A DNA stretch of 62,450 nucleotides, filler included, from an uncultured Methanosarcinales archaeon (GCA_964593285.1; 3 parts of 3 records of this genome joined end to end with filler, not necessarily neighbours in it); one strand, 5' to 3'. Shown: positions 28,477 through 38,954, numbered from the whole stretch's first letter. The notes: generated from the letters alone by a model not told the origin. Translations and numbers: made by a program.

Positions 28477-29967
28477 TTAGTAACTTTTTGCTATAAAAAC
28501 ATATTTTTTTGCAGGTTTTTTACATATTGGGCAAATTGAATTTTCTGGAGTTTCTTTTGCAGTAGGCCATTCTTCTCCGCAAACATATGCCCCATTAGTT
28601 TCTGATTTTATTGTATTTGCACATTCTTCTCCATCTATGATAGAGCAGAAAGGAATTTTAACAAAACCTCTAAAACTTTTTATTATTTTTTTAATTTCAT
28701 CAAGAGTATTTGCATTTCTGGTGTTATCTTTAAAATAATTTGTCGCTTTATTTTCAATTTCTTTTTGAAAAAGTTCTGCAGAATTTTTTATATTTGTTTC
28801 TAATTCATCAAACTTAATTTGTATTTTTTCATTACTAGTTCGTCTAGAAACAGTTACTTGATTATTTTCTAAATCTTTTGGACCAATTTCTAATCTAATT
28901 GGAACACCTTTCATTTCCCATTCATTAAATTTAAATCCAGGACTTTTATCACTTCTTAAATCAACATAAACTCTATATGTTTTTTTAAGTATTTTTTTAA
29001 TTTCTTTTGTTTTTTCTAAAATTTCTTGTGTTAGTTTTGGTTTTTTAGAAAATGTTATTGGAACAATTACTATTTGATATGGTGCTAGGCTAAATGGTAA
29101 AATTAAACCTTGATCATCACCATGTATTGCAATAATACTTGCAATTAATCTCCAAATACCAGGTCCCCAGCAACTTTGATGTGCAAATTTTTCTTCTTGA
29201 TTTTCATCTATAAATTTAATGTTAAAGGCTTTTGCAAAATTAATTCCAAGGTCATGAGTTGATGACATCTGATTTCTTTTTCCATCAGGCATTAATGTAT
29301 CTGTTACATAGGTATTATCTGCACCTAAAAATTTATCCCATTTTGGCCTTATAAAAAATTTAAATGGAATTTTCCATTCATCCCAAAAAACTTCTTTCAT
29401 CATTTCAAGATCTTTTTTAATTTGAACAATTGTATCTTCATGGTTTTTATACATATTATGGGTTTCAAAAAATAAAAATTCTCGTCCTCTAAGAAATGGC
29501 CTAGTGGTCATTTCATTTCTAAAAACTGTGTGTCTTGATTGATATCTTTTAAATGGTAATTGATTATGATTTCTAAGCCATAATGAATACATTGGATAAA
29601 TTTGTGTCTCACCAGTTGGTCTTAGTGCTAATGGTTCTTCTAATTTTGCATCTCCAGCTTTAGTAATCCAAAAGACTTCAGGAGTAAATCCTGCATGTTC
29701 TTTCTCTTTTAATAAATTTTCTTGTTTAATTAAGGTTGGAAATAAATAAGGTTCATGTTCGTCATCTTCAACTTTTTCTTCTAATTTATCATACATCTTT
29801 TTTATGATTCTAATAGCCCAAGGCATATGAACAATACATCCCTGCACACCATATCTAATATCTGAAAGTTCTGCTTTACTTACAACTTGAGAAAACCATT
29901 CTGAAAAATTTTCATTTTTTTTAACAGTTATACCAATATCTTTTTCTTTTTGATTATTTTTTGCCAT
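28477..29967 (-). CDS. proS: Proline--tRNA ligase (archaeal/eukaryal type)
   Basis: FSEWFSQV, LRPTGET, TRPFLRGREF, WEMKGVPIRLEIGP, C-terminal AKSY. Confidence 0.97.
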   Translation of the reverse strand: MAKNNQKEKDIGITVKKNENFSEWFSQVVSKAELSDIRYGVQGCIVHMPWAIRIIKKMYDKLEEKVEDDEHEPYLFPTLIKQENLLKEKEHAGFTPEVFWITKAGDAKLEEPLALRPTGETQIYPMYSLWLRNHNQLPFKRYQSRHTVFRNEMTTRPFLRGREFLFFETHNMYKNHEDTIVQIKKDLEMMKEVFWDEWKIPFKFFIRPKWDKFLGADNTYVTDTLMPDGKRNQMSSTHDLGINFAKAFNIKFIDENQEEKFAHQSCWGPGIWRLIASIIAIHGDDQGLILPFSLAPYQIVIVPITFSKKPKLTQEILEKTKEIKKILKKTYRVYVDLRSDKSPGFKFNEWEMKGVPIRLEIGPKDLENNQVTVSRRTSNEKIQIKFDELETNIKNSAELFQKEIENKATNYFKDNTRNANTLDEIKKIIKSFRGFVKIPFCSIIDGEECANTIKSETNGAYVCGEEWPTAKETPENSICPICKKPAKKYVFIAKSY

Positions 29968-30018
29968 TTTTTAAATTTAGTTTTCAAATTAAATATATAA
30001 AATTTTAGAATTTTTAGT

Positions 30019-30513
30019 TCATTTTTTAAATTTTTTATAAATTAAAGAAACAAAATAGGGCATAATAAAACAAATTGTAAAAAATGTTATAATTAAATTT
30101 ATATCATAATTTGGAGAAAAATTAAAATGCGTGGATAAAAAGTTAAATAAATTTGTTACTAAAAAATAATTTACAATACACAAAATAGGTGCAATTGATA
30201 AATTTACCATATGGTGTTTTATATCATAATTATCAGCAATAAATGCAAGATAATTTACCATAAATCCTATTAATAATGAAAATAAACCAACATATAAGTA
30301 AATAGAATTATTTTCAACTATCAGTAAAAATGGAAGTATGACAATTAATGAAAGAAAATTTAAAATAATGATAATTGAAATCATGGTCCAATAAAAAAAG
30401 TGATGAAAACTTTTTTTCATTAGTAAATCGCGTTTTTTTTCTTGTTTTAATATATATTCTAATTTATCTAATTCCTCTTTTGTCCAAGATTTTTTTTTCA
30501 TTCGCTCTTTCAT
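30019..30513 (-). CDS. Four-TM hypothetical membrane protein
   Basis: Hydropathy pattern. Confidence 0.65.
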   Translation of the reverse strand: MKERMKKKSWTKEELDKLEYILKQEKKRDLLMKKSFHHFFYWTMISIIIILNFLSLIVILPFLLIVENNSIYLYVGLFSLLIGFMVNYLAFIADNYDIKHHMVNLSIAPILCIVNYFLVTNLFNFLSTHFNFSPNYDINLIITFFTICFIMPYFVSLIYKKFKK

Positions 30514-30630
30514 TTTAAAAAAATTTAAATAATATAAATATTATAAAAAAGAATGAAATAATTTAAAATACTTTATTATTACTTTAAAGTAGCAAAATAT
30601 TTAAATATAAGTTTTATATATATTTTTTTC

Positions 30631-31182
30631 ATGATTGATAAATTGAATTCACACTTCAATAAAAAATTAGAAAAATTAATTTTTAATTATGAACAAAATT
30701 TGAGTTCAAAACTAAATACTAAAATAAATTTAAAAGTTTATGATAAAATACAAGAAGATGTAATTGAAAAAATAGTAAGAATTCAAAACTTTAATTTAAA
30801 AAATGATTTTAGAATGGATTTTAAATCTTACTATCTAAATTTTTTTACTAATGACCCTAATCTTTCAATAATTTTAGTTGAAAACAAAAAACCGTTGGGT
30901 TTTATAATTAATTCTTCGCAAAGATTAAAAGATGATTATTATACTGAAAGAATTGAATTATTAGAAAATTATCAAAAAAAAGCCATCGGACCAAAGCTTT
31001 TAAATATCTCAAGTGCAATAGCAAAAGGTTTAAAATATAAATACCATGGTTTAATATGTTCTGATTATTATAAAAAAATGAATTTGGCAAATTTTTATCA
31101 AAAAAATGGTTTTTTAAATATAGATAATAAAAAGCTTTCAAATTATATGAGACGAAAAGTAAATAAATATTCGCCTATTTGA
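30631..31182 (+). CDS. GNAT-family N-acetyltransferase
   Basis: YQKKAIGPKLL and NFYQKNGF. Confidence 0.75.
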   Translation: MIDKLNSHFNKKLEKLIFNYEQNLSSKLNTKINLKVYDKIQEDVIEKIVRIQNFNLKNDFRMDFKSYYLNFFTNDPNLSIILVENKKPLGFIINSSQRLKDDYYTERIELLENYQKKAIGPKLLNISSAIAKGLKYKYHGLICSDYYKKMNLANFYQKNGFLNIDNKKLSNYMRRKVNKYSPI

Positions 31183-31748
31183 TTAAAATGTATAAAATAA
31201 ATTATGATAATATAAATAATTTGGATAATTTATTAAATAAAATAAATGAATCTAAAAATTATCTTAATTCTTATATAAAAAATTTAAATTTAGAATTAAT
31301 TAAAAAAGTTGATACAAATGTTTTGGGTGATTTATTTTTTTTAAATTCGTTTTTGCCAGATGAAATTAAACCTGATAATTGCTATTATCATAAATTTTTT
31401 TCAAATAGGTTGAATAAAAAGGATATTTCATTAATTTATGCTTATAGTGATGTTCCAATTGGTTTTGTTTTAAATTCTAAATATAATAATTTAGAAAAAA
31501 ATAATTATAAAAATAAAACATATATTATAGATGCTTTAGTTATTAATGAAAATTATCAAAGACTTGGTGTTGGATCTGAATTAGTAAATTTATCAACCTT
31601 TATCTCTAAAGAATTTAATTGCAATGAGCTTAAGGTTACTTGCATTAATGATTTAACTTCATTTTATAAACATTTAGGGTTTAGACAAATACCTACAAGT
31701 AAAAAAGAAGATTTTGTAAATTTTTATGAAATGAAAAAAAAATATTAA
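31179..31748 (+). CDS. GNAT-family N-acetyltransferase
   Basis: LVINENYQRLGVGSELV and FYKHLGF. Confidence 0.85.
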   Translation: MIKMYKINYDNINNLDNLLNKINESKNYLNSYIKNLNLELIKKVDTNVLGDLFFLNSFLPDEIKPDNCYYHKFFSNRLNKKDISLIYAYSDVPIGFVLNSKYNNLEKNNYKNKTYIIDALVINENYQRLGVGSELVNLSTFISKEFNCNELKVTCINDLTSFYKHLGFRQIPTSKKEDFVNFYEMKKKY

Positions 31749-31753
31749 AAAAT

Positions 31754-32065
31754 TTATTTTAAAAATGGAATTGCTAAAGGATAATCCCATAATTCGTTAT
31801 TACTTGCTTTAACAGCAGCCATTATACAAAATACAATGTTCATGATTGCTAGCGCAAAAAGTAGCAGAAAACCGATTAAAACAAAAACTAAAATAAAGCT
31901 TATTATAGTATATATTATTAAACTAATTTGCCAGTTTAATGCTTTTTTTGCATGTTCTTTTACATCTTTTTCTTTTGTTACTAAAAGAATTATTAATGGA
32001 CCAATCCAATTTGTAAAATATCCTAAAATGTGTGTTATTATACTTAATGTATTATCTTTTGCCAT
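31754..32065 (-). CDS. DUF4870-family membrane protein (copy 1)
   Basis: GPLII..VKEHAKKALNWQIS..YPLAIPF. Confidence 0.85.
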   Translation of the reverse strand: MAKDNTLSIITHILGYFTNWIGPLIILLVTKEKDVKEHAKKALNWQISLIIYTIISFILVFVLIGFLLLFALAIMNIVFCIMAAVKASNNELWDYPLAIPFLK

Positions 32066-32220
32066 TTTCTAAACAAATACCTCACATTTATAATTTTTAC
32101 AAATATTATTTTTTTATATTTATTTAAATATATTTTTTCTTTAAATAATTTTTTATTTGTTGTTTTAATAATAAATTTTTAAGAAAATAAATTATTTAAT
32201 AAGATAAAAAATAAAAAAAT

Positions 32221-32532
32221 TTATTTTAAAAATGGAATTGCTAAAGGATAATCCCATAATTCGTTATTACTTGCTTTAACAGCAGCCATTATACAAAATA
32301 CAATGTTCATGATTGCTAGCGCAAAAAGTAGCAGAAAACCGATTAAAACAAAAACTAAAATAAAGCTTATTATAGTATATATTATTAAACTAATTTGCCA
32401 GTTTAATGCTTTTTTTGCATGTTCTTTTACATCTTTTTCTTTTGTTACTAAAAGAATTATTAATGGACCAATCCAATTTGTAAAATATCCTAAAATGTGT
32501 GTTATTATACTTAATGTATTATCTTTTGCCAT
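32221..32532 (-). CDS. DUF4870-family membrane protein (copy 2)
   Basis: Identical to copy 1. Confidence 0.85.
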   Translation of the reverse strand: MAKDNTLSIITHILGYFTNWIGPLIILLVTKEKDVKEHAKKALNWQISLIIYTIISFILVFVLIGFLLLFALAIMNIVFCIMAAVKASNNELWDYPLAIPFLK

Positions 32533-32541
32533 TTTAATACC

Positions 32542-33573
32542 TCATAATTTAATTAATTTATATTCTTTATTTCCAAGATTAATTTCTTGTGAATATTTTA
32601 TTGTGTGTAGTCCTTTAAATAATTTTTTATTTTCACGATTTTTTAGCATTTCAATACAAGCATTATCGATTGCAACAGGATCAGTTGATACAAAAATTCC
32701 TAAATCTTTAACAAACGGCTTCATTTCTCGACCGACACAGTCGCATTGTTTTGTAATATTTAATGCATAATTTATGTAAATATTATTTTTATTTTTTTGT
32801 GCAGCAAATGCATATTCTGCGATTTTTTCATAAAAATTTTGGCTAATTGATGAAGTCCAATTTATTTTAACAGCACCATATGGGCATACTGCAATACATG
32901 AAGCACAGCCTACACATTTATTTTTAACAATTCGTGGAAAAATTCTATTTATTTTAATTGCATCATATTTACAATTTTTTACACAAATTTTGCATTTATT
33001 ACATTTTAATGGATTTATGAAAGGTATTGAACTTGAATGTTGGTTTAATTTTCCACCACGAGATGCAAAGCCCATTGCAAGTTGTTTTATTGCACCACCA
33101 AAACCTGCTAGAATATGTCCTTTAAAGTGGCTTATTACTATAAATTGGCTATATCTTTCAAATTCTTTTCCAATTTTACAAGTTTTAAAATGTTTTTTAT
33201 CAATTTTTATATCAACATAATCTTCGCCATGTTCTCCATCTGCAATAATTATTGAAAGATTATTAAATCCATGTTTTTTTGCAAGTTTTATATGATCTTT
33301 TTTTCTAGTTCTCTCTCCTCTATATAATACATTTGTTTCAATATAAGAAGATTTAATTTTTTTTTCATTTAATAATTCAATTATTCCATTAAAACATGTT
33401 GGTTTAATAAAAGTTTTATTGCCTTTTTCTCCAAAATGAACCTTTAGTGGAATTTCTTTTTCTAATTTTATCTTTTCTTTTTTAATTAATGTTTCAATTA
33501 ATTCTTTAGAATATTTGCTTATTAATTCTTCATCATTAATTGAATTAATTTCTTTAAAATATATATTTGCCAT
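32542..33573 (-). CDS. DUF362-family Fe-S protein with an inserted 2x[4Fe-4S] ferredoxin domain
   Basis: KVHFGE, SHFKGH..AGFGGAIK, two CxxCxxCxxxC motifs, CDC, STDPVAID. Confidence 0.9.
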   Translation of the reverse strand: MANIYFKEINSINDEELISKYSKELIETLIKKEKIKLEKEIPLKVHFGEKGNKTFIKPTCFNGIIELLNEKKIKSSYIETNVLYRGERTRKKDHIKLAKKHGFNNLSIIIADGEHGEDYVDIKIDKKHFKTCKIGKEFERYSQFIVISHFKGHILAGFGGAIKQLAMGFASRGGKLNQHSSSIPFINPLKCNKCKICVKNCKYDAIKINRIFPRIVKNKCVGCASCIAVCPYGAVKINWTSSISQNFYEKIAEYAFAAQKNKNNIYINYALNITKQCDCVGREMKPFVKDLGIFVSTDPVAIDNACIEMLKNRENKKLFKGLHTIKYSQEINLGNKEYKLIKL

Positions 33574-33574
33574 T

Positions 33575-34729
33575 TTAACAATTTTTTACAAATAAAGGAA
33601 CATACATCTCTTCTTTGCTAATTCCTCCATGGTTTCCAATTTCAAATCCTTTTTTTTCATCTAATAATTTATCTTTTAAAATATAATTTTCTTTCATAAT
33701 TAAGGTATAATCCCCAATTCTATCAATTAGTTTTTCATTTTCTATAAATAATCCAAAATAATTTTTTTTAATTAAATCACTGCTTTTATAGATATTACAA
33801 AATTTATTTAATTTGTTTTTTACTAATTTTTCAAATTCTTTTGTTTTATTTGATTTAACATAACAATATATAACTCTAGGTTCACCACATAATGGCATAG
33901 TTAAACATTCTTTTATTTTAGGGTAATCTTCAAGCCAAATTACTTTATTTTTATTTGTATCAATAAAACCATGATCTGCAGTAATTATTAGTGTTGTGTT
34001 TGTATTTTTGATTGAATTTGTAAATGATTTTATTTTTTTATCTAAAGCTAAAAAATGTTTTTTTACATCTTTTGAATTACTGCCAAAATGGTGACTTAAT
34101 GAATCAAACAAACTCCAATATGCATATATATATTTTTTATTTTTATCTTTATTAATTGTTTTTTTAATTTGCATAAACATTCCATTTAATGTATTGTAAT
34201 TTACAAGTTTTGCATTATTTTTAAAATAATTATTATATGCAGAATTATTAATATTTGTTTCACTAATTATGTATTTATTACAGTTAATTTTTGAAAAAAA
34301 AGATTTGGTATCTATTATATTTTTTATATTGTAATTAAATAAATCTATTGGAATAAAACCAAATCGTGGAGTGAAAGGTAGGATTGCACATACACTTCCA
34401 AGCTCTTTTAAATTCATAAACCAACCAGTTATTGCTGTTTGGTTTGGTGGAAGTGCTGTTTTAAAAGTTGTTATTGCAGATGCTGTTGTTGATGGAAATA
34501 CACTTGTTATTTTTGATATTGTATTTTTGTTTAGAAAACTTTCTTTAAAATTGTTTTTTAAAAATTCATATCCAAGTCCATCAATTACTAGTAAAATTAT
34601 ATTTTTTGATTTTTTTAATTGATAATTATCTAATATTTTTAATTTTTTATATGGATGTTTTTTATTATAAGCATTTGAAATACTACTCATTAAATTTACG
34701 ATACTGTTTTCATAATCTGGCAAAATCAT
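33575..34729 (-). CDS. Alkaline phosphatase / nucleotide pyrophosphatase family protein
   Basis: IDGLG, SVFPSTT, DSLSH, TADHG, GNHGG. Confidence 0.9.
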   Translation of the reverse strand: MILPDYENSIVNLMSSISNAYNKKHPYKKLKILDNYQLKKSKNIILLVIDGLGYEFLKNNFKESFLNKNTISKITSVFPSTTASAITTFKTALPPNQTAITGWFMNLKELGSVCAILPFTPRFGFIPIDLFNYNIKNIIDTKSFFSKINCNKYIISETNINNSAYNNYFKNNAKLVNYNTLNGMFMQIKKTINKDKNKKYIYAYWSLFDSLSHHFGSNSKDVKKHFLALDKKIKSFTNSIKNTNTTLIITADHGFIDTNKNKVIWLEDYPKIKECLTMPLCGEPRVIYCYVKSNKTKEFEKLVKNKLNKFCNIYKSSDLIKKNYFGLFIENEKLIDRIGDYTLIMKENYILKDKLLDEKKGFEIGNHGGISKEEMYVPLFVKNC

Positions 34730-34830
34730 ATATTTAGATTTGTTTTATTTTTTTTAAATATATTGCTAATGTTGTTACTACTTATGAAAAACAAAAACTT
34801 TATATATGTTTTATGTTCTTTTTAAAAAAT

Positions 34831-35415
34831 ATGGCATTTAATATAGAATATGATTTTTTTTCATTAGATAATGTTTTAGCAAAACAGCGAATGGATGGTA
34901 ATATTATTATATCTAAATTAGAGCCAAAAATAAAAATCCCAAGTTATTTTAATAAAATAGATGTTAAATTGGATAATTTTAATTATGCACAAGACATAAG
35001 AAAAATAATTGAGCCAATTTCAAGAAAAGTTGAAAAATTTGGTTTTTCACATAATATTTTTACTGGTTTATATGAGGCATTATTAAATGCCTATCAGCAT
35101 GGTAATAAATTTGATGATGATAAAAAATTAATTTTAGGTTCTAATTATAATGAAGATAAATTGGAATTTATTGTGGGTGATAGTGGGAAAATTTTGCATA
35201 AGAATTTTTTTCGATTTATATTAAAACATAGAGAGCGAACGGATAATGGTTCTAGTTTTATAAATTGGTACAAATTTAGTGGTGAACTTAGATCTAATAT
35301 AAATAATGGAACAGGTACGTCATTTATGCATGCATATTTTGATAATATTAAATATTTTAATTCTTTAGATACTAAAGGACTTGGCGTTTATTTAGCCAAA
35401 CAAAATAAATCATAA
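34831..35415 (+). CDS. GHKL/HATPase_c protein, RsbW anti-sigma-kinase-like
   Basis: N-box LYEALLNAYQHGN, GDSG, GTGT G2-like box; start chosen from TATA spacing. Confidence 0.7.
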   Translation: MAFNIEYDFFSLDNVLAKQRMDGNIIISKLEPKIKIPSYFNKIDVKLDNFNYAQDIRKIIEPISRKVEKFGFSHNIFTGLYEALLNAYQHGNKFDDDKKLILGSNYNEDKLEFIVGDSGKILHKNFFRFILKHRERTDNGSSFINWYKFSGELRSNINNGTGTSFMHAYFDNIKYFNSLDTKGLGVYLAKQNKS

Positions 35416-35453
35416 AAACAAAACATTTTTAAATTAATTCTTTTTACTTCTTT

Positions 35454-35879
35454 ATGGTGATTAAAATAGATAAAAATTCAATTTATTTAAAAAAAATTTA
35501 TGAAATTTTTGAACAACATAAAACTAAATTAGATCAAAATCATGTAGATACAATTTTAAAAGCTGAAAAAATTGATGATTATATAGAACATGTTTCAACA
35601 AATAAAAAAAAATATAATGGTGAAAATGTATTTATTAAAAATTATAGAAATAAATTGACCAAAGAAACATATATTTTAGATGATAAACATGACAATTATG
35701 ATGTTAATATAAAAGAAAAATTCAATGAATTAAAAACATTTCTTGGAATGTATGAAAGTAAATTAAGTAATCGTGGTTTATTTAATGTATTACCATTTCA
35801 AAAAACACTCACTGGCAGAAAATATTTTAAAAATTTAAAAAAAACATTAGAAGAGCTTTCTAGTTATGATAAATTATAA
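35454..35879 (+). CDS. Hypothetical protein
   Basis: 141-aa ORF with an upstream TATA-like box. Confidence 0.55.
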   Translation: MVIKIDKNSIYLKKIYEIFEQHKTKLDQNHVDTILKAEKIDDYIEHVSTNKKKYNGENVFIKNYRNKLTKETYILDDKHDNYDVNIKEKFNELKTFLGMYESKLSNRGLFNVLPFQKTLTGRKYFKNLKKTLEELSSYDKL

Positions 35880-36152
35880 TTGTGATCTAACTTTTTCAAT
35901 CGCTAAAGCAACTTCTCTTCCTTTTTTTGTAAGTTTTAATAGTTTTAATCGTCCGGTTTTATTAAAAATGACTAAATCTTCATTTTCCATTTCTTGCAAT
36001 ATTTTTACAACATGTGAATATGTACAATCTATACTTTTTGCAAGTGAGGAAGCATATACTTCACTGGTAGAATTATTAAGTCCTAAAAGAATCATTGTTG
36101 GTTTTTCTCTAAAAAATACACTGAATATTTTTTTATTTTTCATAATTGTCAC
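35874..36152 (-). CDS. Winged-helix transcriptional regulator (archaeal MarR-like)
   Basis: YASSLAKSIDCTYSHVVKIL, GRLK..KLTKKG. Confidence 0.88.
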   Translation of the reverse strand: MTIMKNKKIFSVFFREKPTMILLGLNNSTSEVYASSLAKSIDCTYSHVVKILQEMENEDLVIFNKTGRLKLLKLTKKGREVALAIEKVRSQL

Positions 36153-36265
36153 CTTTATTTTTTGTCTTTATATAATTTTTATTAAAAAATATATATTTTA
36201 TAATATCTATTTTTTTAATAACAGAATAACAAACTATTTAAATTTTTTTTGATTTTGAAGAAAAT

Positions 36266-38134
36266 ATGGCTAAAGAATTAGATTTATTTCCGTTTGATAC
36301 AATTCGAAAAGGACAAAAAGATTTTATTGAAAATTATACAACATGTTTAAATGAAAAAAATAATTTTTTAGCACATGCACCAACAGGTATTGGAAAAACA
36401 GCAGCATCCATTTCACCTGCATTATTATTTGCATTAAAAAATGATAAAACAGTTATTTTTTTAACATCTAGGCATACTCAGCACGATATTGTTTTAGCAA
36501 CACTAAAGCAAATAAATGAAAAACATAATATTAAAATAAAGATTGCAGATTTAGTTGGACGAAAATGGATGTGCCTTCAAGATAATGTTGATAAATTAAA
36601 TTCAGGTGAATTTACTGAATTTTGTAAAAATGCTAGAGAAAATAATAAATGTAAATTTTACAATAATACAAAAGAAAAACATAAATTTACTCAGCAGGCA
36701 AAATTAGCAGTAGATGAATTAAAAAAATTGATTTCTAGTAATTGTGAATTAATTAATATTTGCAAGGCGCGTGAAGTTTGCGCTTATGAAATTGCTATGA
36801 ATCTTGCATCACAAGCAAATATAATTATTGCAGACTATTATTTTGTTTTTCATCCAACAATTAGTGAATTATTTTTTAATAAAACCAATAAAAAATTAAA
36901 AGACTGTATAATTATAGTTGATGAGGGCCATAATTTAATAGATAGAATAATGCAAACGAATACTTCTAAATTGACATCAACAATTTTAAGACGAGCAATT
37001 CTTGAAGCTGAAAAGAATAATTTAACAGAAACTTTACAGATTATAAATATTATTGAAGATGTTATTAAAAGATTATCAAAAGAATTAAATGTAAATTCTG
37101 AAAAAATTATAACAAAAAATTTGTTTGTTTCACTGATAAATGAACAAATTGATTTTAGTGATGCAATTTTAGAGTTAAAAAATAGTTCTGATTTAATTCG
37201 CGAGAAACAAAAATATAGTTATATTGGTTCAATTGCTAATTTTTTAGAATCATGGAATGATAATCCAACTAAAGGATTTGCACGAATTATTGCTATTGAG
37301 CAATTTAATAATATACGAAATGTTGTATTAACATGTAATTGTCTTGATCCATCAATTAAATCAACTGATATAATAAAAGAAGCTTATAGTGTTTTATTAA
37401 TGTCTGGAACACTTAATCCAACACAAATGTATGCAGATATTTTAGGCTTTAACAGTCCTTTACAAAAAATTTACAAAAGTCCATTTCCAGAAACTAATCG
37501 TCTTAATTTAATAGTTCCAAAAACAACAACAAAATATGCAAGTAGAAATGAAGACCAATTTAAAAATATTGCAAATGAATGTGCAAATATTACAAATAGT
37601 GTTCCTGGAAATTCTATTTTATTTTTTCCAAGTTATTTTTTGCAAAAAAAAGTTTCAAATTATTTTAATACTTTATCAAAAAAAACTATTTTTTCTGAAA
37701 ATTCACTTTTAAGTAAAGAGGAAAAAGCAACTATTTTAAATAAATTTAAATCATATTGTGGAGTTGGAAGTGTTTTACTTGCAGTTGTTGGTGGAAGTTT
37801 TTATGAAGGAATAGACTTACCTGGAGATTTATTAAAATGCGTTGTAATTGTTGGTCTTCCATTAAGTCAGCCAACTTTAAAAACAAAGGAATTGATAAAT
37901 TATTATGACTTAAAGTTTAAGAAAGGATGGGATTATGGTTATTTATATCCTGCATTTAACAAAACTATGCAGTCTGCTGGACGATGTATTAGAAATGAGA
38001 AAGATAAAGGAATTATTGTATTTTTAGACGAAAGATATAAATGGAGCAATTATTTTAAATGTTTTCCTAGCGATTTAAAAATTAAAACAACACTTACTCC
38101 AAAAATTGAAATAGAAAATTTTTTTAAAAAATAA
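36266..38134 (+). CDS. XPD/Rad3/DinG-family Fe-S DNA helicase
   Basis: APTGIGKT, four Cys, DEGHN, SGTL, QSAGRCIR. Confidence 0.95.
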   Translation: MAKELDLFPFDTIRKGQKDFIENYTTCLNEKNNFLAHAPTGIGKTAASISPALLFALKNDKTVIFLTSRHTQHDIVLATLKQINEKHNIKIKIADLVGRKWMCLQDNVDKLNSGEFTEFCKNARENNKCKFYNNTKEKHKFTQQAKLAVDELKKLISSNCELINICKAREVCAYEIAMNLASQANIIIADYYFVFHPTISELFFNKTNKKLKDCIIIVDEGHNLIDRIMQTNTSKLTSTILRRAILEAEKNNLTETLQIINIIEDVIKRLSKELNVNSEKIITKNLFVSLINEQIDFSDAILELKNSSDLIREKQKYSYIGSIANFLESWNDNPTKGFARIIAIEQFNNIRNVVLTCNCLDPSIKSTDIIKEAYSVLLMSGTLNPTQMYADILGFNSPLQKIYKSPFPETNRLNLIVPKTTTKYASRNEDQFKNIANECANITNSVPGNSILFFPSYFLQKKVSNYFNTLSKKTIFSENSLLSKEEKATILNKFKSYCGVGSVLLAVVGGSFYEGIDLPGDLLKCVVIVGLPLSQPTLKTKELINYYDLKFKKGWDYGYLYPAFNKTMQSAGRCIRNEKDKGIIVFLDERYKWSNYFKCFPSDLKIKTTLTPKIEIENFFKK

Positions 38135-38141
38135 AAAAAAA

Positions 38142-38711
38142 TTAATATTTATTTGCAGTTCTACTTGGTCTAACTTTTTCTGCACCAATTCCTTTACTTC
38201 TAAGTCCTCTAGATTTTTTAGCACTACTAGTTAATCCTCGTAAAACTCTATTTTTATTTGCAGGGTTATTTAACCATTTTAAATTTTTATCAGAAATTAT
38301 AGCTGGATGTAATTTATCAACTAAAATTATTTCATACCACAAATATTTACCATCATCTGCAACATAATAAGAATTTAAAACTTCACAGTTTTTATATTTT
38401 TTAAAAGCTCTCTGTTCTGCAATTAATTTATAAGACATTGATAAATTTTTTCTAATTCCAGAATTTCTAGGTCGTCTCCCACCTTTAATTTTAGGTCTTT
38501 TATGAGAGCCCCGCATAACTCTTTGCCTTACAACAATTATTCCTTGTTTTGCTTTATAGCCAAGCGATCTTGCTCTATCAAGTCTTGTTGGTTTATCAAT
38601 TCTTACAGTTACTGGCTCTTTACGCCATTTAATTAACCTATCTTTGTAAACTTCTTTTAAATTTTCTTTTGGTTTTTTCCAAATTTGTCTTATATGTTTG
38701 TATAAACTCAT
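38142..38711 (-). CDS. rpl15e: 50S ribosomal protein L15e
   Basis: MSLYKHI, KPTRLDRARSLGYKAKQG, EVLNSYYV; ATG at 38711 with SD GGAGG. Confidence 0.97.
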   Translation of the reverse strand: MSLYKHIRQIWKKPKENLKEVYKDRLIKWRKEPVTVRIDKPTRLDRARSLGYKAKQGIIVVRQRVMRGSHKRPKIKGGRRPRNSGIRKNLSMSYKLIAEQRAFKKYKNCEVLNSYYVADDGKYLWYEIILVDKLHPAIISDKNLKWLNNPANKNRVLRGLTSSAKKSRGLRSKGIGAEKVRPSRTANKY

Positions 38712-38742
38712 TTTTTTGCCTCCAGTTTTATTTTGTATTATT

Positions 38743-38770
38743 GGTTCAGGTAAGCAACTACCCACATTCC
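38743..38770 (-). promoter_or_regulatory. Candidate eL15 ribosomal leader RNA
   Basis: GGAAUGU-GGGUAG-UUGC-UUACCU-GAACC, a GC-rich hairpin in an AT-rich 5' UTR near the inferred TSS. Confidence 0.5.
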
Positions 38771-38879
38771 AATTTAAATTCTATAAAAAAATAGGATATT
38801 TATAAATTTTATTGAAAAACAAAAATAAAAACATTTATAAATAAATTCTAAAAACAAACTAATAAAATAATTAATTTAT

Positions 38880-38954
38880 GCCCCGATGGTGTAGTCCGGC
38901 CAATCATTTCGCCCTTTCGAGGCGAAGACACGGGTTCGAATCCCGTTCGGGGCA
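38880..38954 (+). tRNA. tRNA-Glu(TTC)
   Basis: GCCCCGA/TCGGGGC acceptor stem, TCGCC-CT TTC GA-GGCGA anticodon arm, TTCGAAT T-loop; no encoded CCA. Confidence 0.97.

Larger units (their letters stand above)
31754..32532. repeat. Direct duplication of a 312-bp gene (31754-32065 and 32221-32532)
   Basis: No nucleotide difference found by eye; 155-bp spacer. Confidence 0.95.

Noticed and set aside
31754..32532. Duplicated gene as a DGR template/variable repeat or transposon product
   Set aside because: No adenine-specific mismatches, reverse transcriptase, transposase or terminal inverted repeats.
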